DNA of 51,652 nt from Abditibacteriaceae bacterium (GTDB lineage Bacteria > Armatimonadota > Abditibacteriia > Abditibacteriales > Abditibacteriaceae). The notes under the pieces were generated by a model, which ran no database searches, was not told the DNA's origin, and was given only the letters and a program-made list of their open reading frames with translations. A program made the position numbers and the translations under genes. Positions within the stretch are counted from its first letter, which is position 1. Each line of letters opens with the position of its first letter. Positions 50,901 through 51,652 of this stretch are shown here, piece by piece. The stretch is taken from the NCBI GenBank assembly GCA_031425655.1, contig JANPJS010000222.1, positions 1-51,652 of the forward strand. Reading direction: 5' to 3'.

Positions 50901-51394
50901 ATGCCGGTCTGATCGGCGCCGACAGTCGGAGGAATGGTGGCGACGACCACGAAGTCGGCAAAAGCGCCGGGCGCCAGCGAGATTTTCTCGCCGGGACGCA
51001 CTTCGCTTTCGCCGGGATCGAGTTGGCCGTTGCCGTTGGCGTCGCGGAAGATGCGCACGTTAGCGAAGTCAAAGTCGCCGCCGCCCAAATTGGCCGCGAT
51101 AAGCGTGTAATCGGTGGCCACGTTGCCGGTATTGGTCAGGCGATGCGGGAATTGCGCCGTCGCGCCGCCGGGCAGACGCACGCTGTTATCCTGCGTCAGC
51201 GACAGGGCTTCCAAAGGCTCGACAATCACGCGCACTTCGTTGGAATCAATGGTGACGAACTGGTCGCCGTCTTGATAAGTTGCGGTCGCCTTGTTGAGAA
51301 TGTTACTGCCCGCCTGCGGCACCTGCGCGCGAACGATTCCGCCCAGGCAGAGTAGGGCGAAAAGTAAAAAGGTCAGGCGGCGCGCGGTGGTCAT
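44993..51394 (-). CDS. Very large secreted DUF11/SdrD-B protein with probable C-terminal outer-membrane beta-barrel
   Basis: Signal peptide; DUF11 repeats; GKVFADNNRN..QD.GE.GIPGVR; YPVYGD.S; long amphipathic beta-strand region ending GVYLRLRWKF, then a Pro-rich tail. Confidence 0.85.
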   Translation of the reverse strand: MTTARRLTFLLFALLCLGGIVRAQVPQAGSNILNKATATYQDGDQFVTIDSNEVRVIVEPLEALSLTQDNSVRLPGGATAQFPHRLTNTGNVATDYTLIAANLGGGDFDFANVRIFRDANGNGQLDPGESEVRPGEKISLAPGAFADFVVVATIPPTVGADQTGILRLTAVSLTQGAAQFNTDTVRTAPGVSLRLSKAASRDAVKPNEEVSFTITAQSIGSIEPSGIAVSVDGQARTLVIVRDVIPANTTFVDLQAPAIGLRLYHRVGAPLHTYTTTPPDAAQVDAVAYGVSPFPRGGTVQITLRVRVNANAANSINNTAVLYGNDVYVVRLLEVPSNIVQVSVPRVPPTLFYYSNDQYQRVTGVTGIGRPLFVQGSAASCNLDPTRIEQVPITIRSTLTDDSVRVIGVETGPNTGIFRVTPPVPTSGGAADGANTILEIRRNDVLTARLEDCGGNTDALANILVDPFGVVFDSRTNAPVAGTRVTLIDVTGAGNGGNAGGPARVFDFDGVTPRPSTVITGADGIFQFPQVEGSIYRLLIEPPTAYRFPTTVPIPLLPPGRTIDASGSFGGTFIVDAALGAVQIDVPVDGPAPSGLFIEKAASRRTAEIADFVDYRVRVRNSSGFALTGVTVSDLLPRGFAYVSGSARIGAAQVEPQGTGPRLTFAIGALNVAQEVTISYRVRVGVGSETGDQKNRAQATGTSIFGPSSSNVATATVRITGGVFTTKGILIGKVFADNNRNRIQDKGEDGIPGVRVWVENGTFAITDEEGKYSIYGLSATTHTVKVDVTTLPGGAKLEGLTHRHGLRGSGTTAWADLKNGELQKVNFAIPAPSPEILEAIAKRRAAVKTQNAAAALEAGAGAALEAEPRLSDSTTARGLPASGTIVQATGASSGLGGLGGSISAPGKNGNDDPLTGGLGTNLTGTLGSNLGNVLSGDKFGGYGGTSSYTPTGNIGANPSAVLPNVSVKVTTAPGLSDSPAGGALTIQNTGEAPLAGQIPRDITRPLDGQSNPPIAVAPLLLSPPAALEDLLPKLDNALDFVDLQDGATLAHDQIAVRVKGQQGGIFKLWLNGEEVLDTRVGKKSVLAAKQIEAWEYIGVRLKTGPNTLEITQFDAFANERGRKKITVTAPGKLGRLRLFVPQGKLPADGSSLVNFEVQLVDELGTPVMGRTPITLEASRGVWKSEDLSAAEPGTQIFIEGGRARLQLMAPAEPGDCLIRVSSGLLASTTQLVFSPDLRPLLAAGLLDARFNLFKFRPSGARPLNQNDPFEDDLRKLAGSDSTNVGARGAAFIKGQIQGKYLLTLRYDSQKSDEQLFRDIQPDEFYPVYGDASTKGFDAQSTSRLYVRVDKNQSFLLYGDFVTGGSGDSDSLARYSRSLNGFQAHHETDKFTATTFFSRDNAQRAIDEIPAAGVSGPYRLRGLGFIPGSEKVEIIVRDRNQPGVVISRTLQTRFTDYQIDGLVDGIIFRRPVPSLDADLNPVYIRITYEVDRGGPNFNVGGLTGQFKVSKNLQIGATFVRDQDPSNPTTIAGANAIAKLGANTVVMGEWAKADTNSGNGNAVRLELLHQGPKLQARLFAGRSDADFDNPESLLSSGRSELSARLNYRLRQRTRLLAEAVRTEDRQNGGTLTGLQAAVEQSLGQNLRLQLGVRHADGNGAPANGTGLGTAPSSFTTAFARIAGQLANHPEATLFARYEQALAGESRKSFQVGGDYQLSTRTRLYLTHEFLDSFGGLYALNESQRQFNTRVGIETDYMKNGSLFSEYRIGSGIDGRSAQAAIGLKNLWPVAPGVRLHTSFERIKTLGGAGALNEDGTAAGLGIEWLHGDRFRATARIESRQAGSGDSLLSTAGLAYKPSRDLTFLARNIYTVTNSGRLGGSGGTLAGRRALERFQAGIAYRPERNDKFNALAKYEFRSGDEADTFVSSLNRRVHLLSFDANYQPKSSLQMRLHYAWKRSQEATPDLGSLSSEASAQLLLARITKEMGERWDVSLIGSTLWGGGGRKHALGVEAAYLLGRNLLLSAGFNILGFNENDLAGDEYTRPGVYLRLRWKFDEEWLGRRIGATQDAPVVAAALPLAEVPTSGLPGSVTPIPAPTTVPGTPATTPAPPHFEPLAPGNTPPSGPVRPGSQPGEQ

Positions 51395-51539
51395 TGAAGC
51401 AGTTTTAGCGAAATAGATGAGGTTTTATCTTGCTGGAAAAAGTTTTTTAGGTTGCCGGTAATAAATAGTCACCCCGGCTCGTAGCGACAAGGATTGCCTT
51501 GCCGAAATAGAAGCTACTGGACTCGAATTGCTACAAATC

Positions 51540-51652
51540 GCACTTGGAGAGCCACAGGAGGCACTTGGAGAGCCGTAGGAGCGACTCGGAGACCCGTAGG
51601 ATTGCCTCCTGTGGCTCTCCGAGTGGCTCCTGTGGCTCTCCGAGTGGCTCCT
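51540..51652. repeat. 21-bp tandem repeat arranged as an inverted array (truncated by window edge)
   Basis: Three gcacttggagagccacaggag-like units (51540-51602), then ctcctgtggctctccgagtgg twice plus a partial copy (51606-51652). Confidence 0.85.

Overview
GC-rich bacterial chromosomal window from a diderm organism; an Armatimonadota/Abditibacteriota-like origin is a guess from overall protein style and is not demonstrated. No rRNA, tRNA, CRISPR array or transposase was recognised. (1) 0.5-26 kb is a hypoxia/NO-response island. It carries two Acg-type nitroreductases, a USP, a CoA-transferase-GNAT fusion, a YidE/AspT transporter, a Ric-like di-iron protein and a pckG-(DosS-like PAS/haem-GAF kinase)-(NarL/DosR-like regulator)-flavin reductase operon. 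It also carries an Rrf2 regulator divergent from a flavohaemoglobin/cupin/ferredoxin operon, and a six-gene molybdoenzyme-FeS-Rieske-NarK operon. (2) 26.8-40.8 kb holds two-component and c-di-GMP signalling genes, a KdpE-like regulator, mscL and a Flp pilin that the ORF track missed. (3) 40.9-51.4 kb holds two very large secreted DUF11-repeat proteins, one with a probable outer-membrane barrel. The most notable observation is an oriented 20-bp palindromic box (AATCCGCC-N5-GCSGAKG) upstream of six transcription units of the island. In five cases it lies exactly 21 nt before a YANAMT -10 element, which defines a candidate DosR-like regulon with its own operator. Intergenic regions contain nested MITE/REP-like palindromes, several carrying a shared 19-bp mini-insert.
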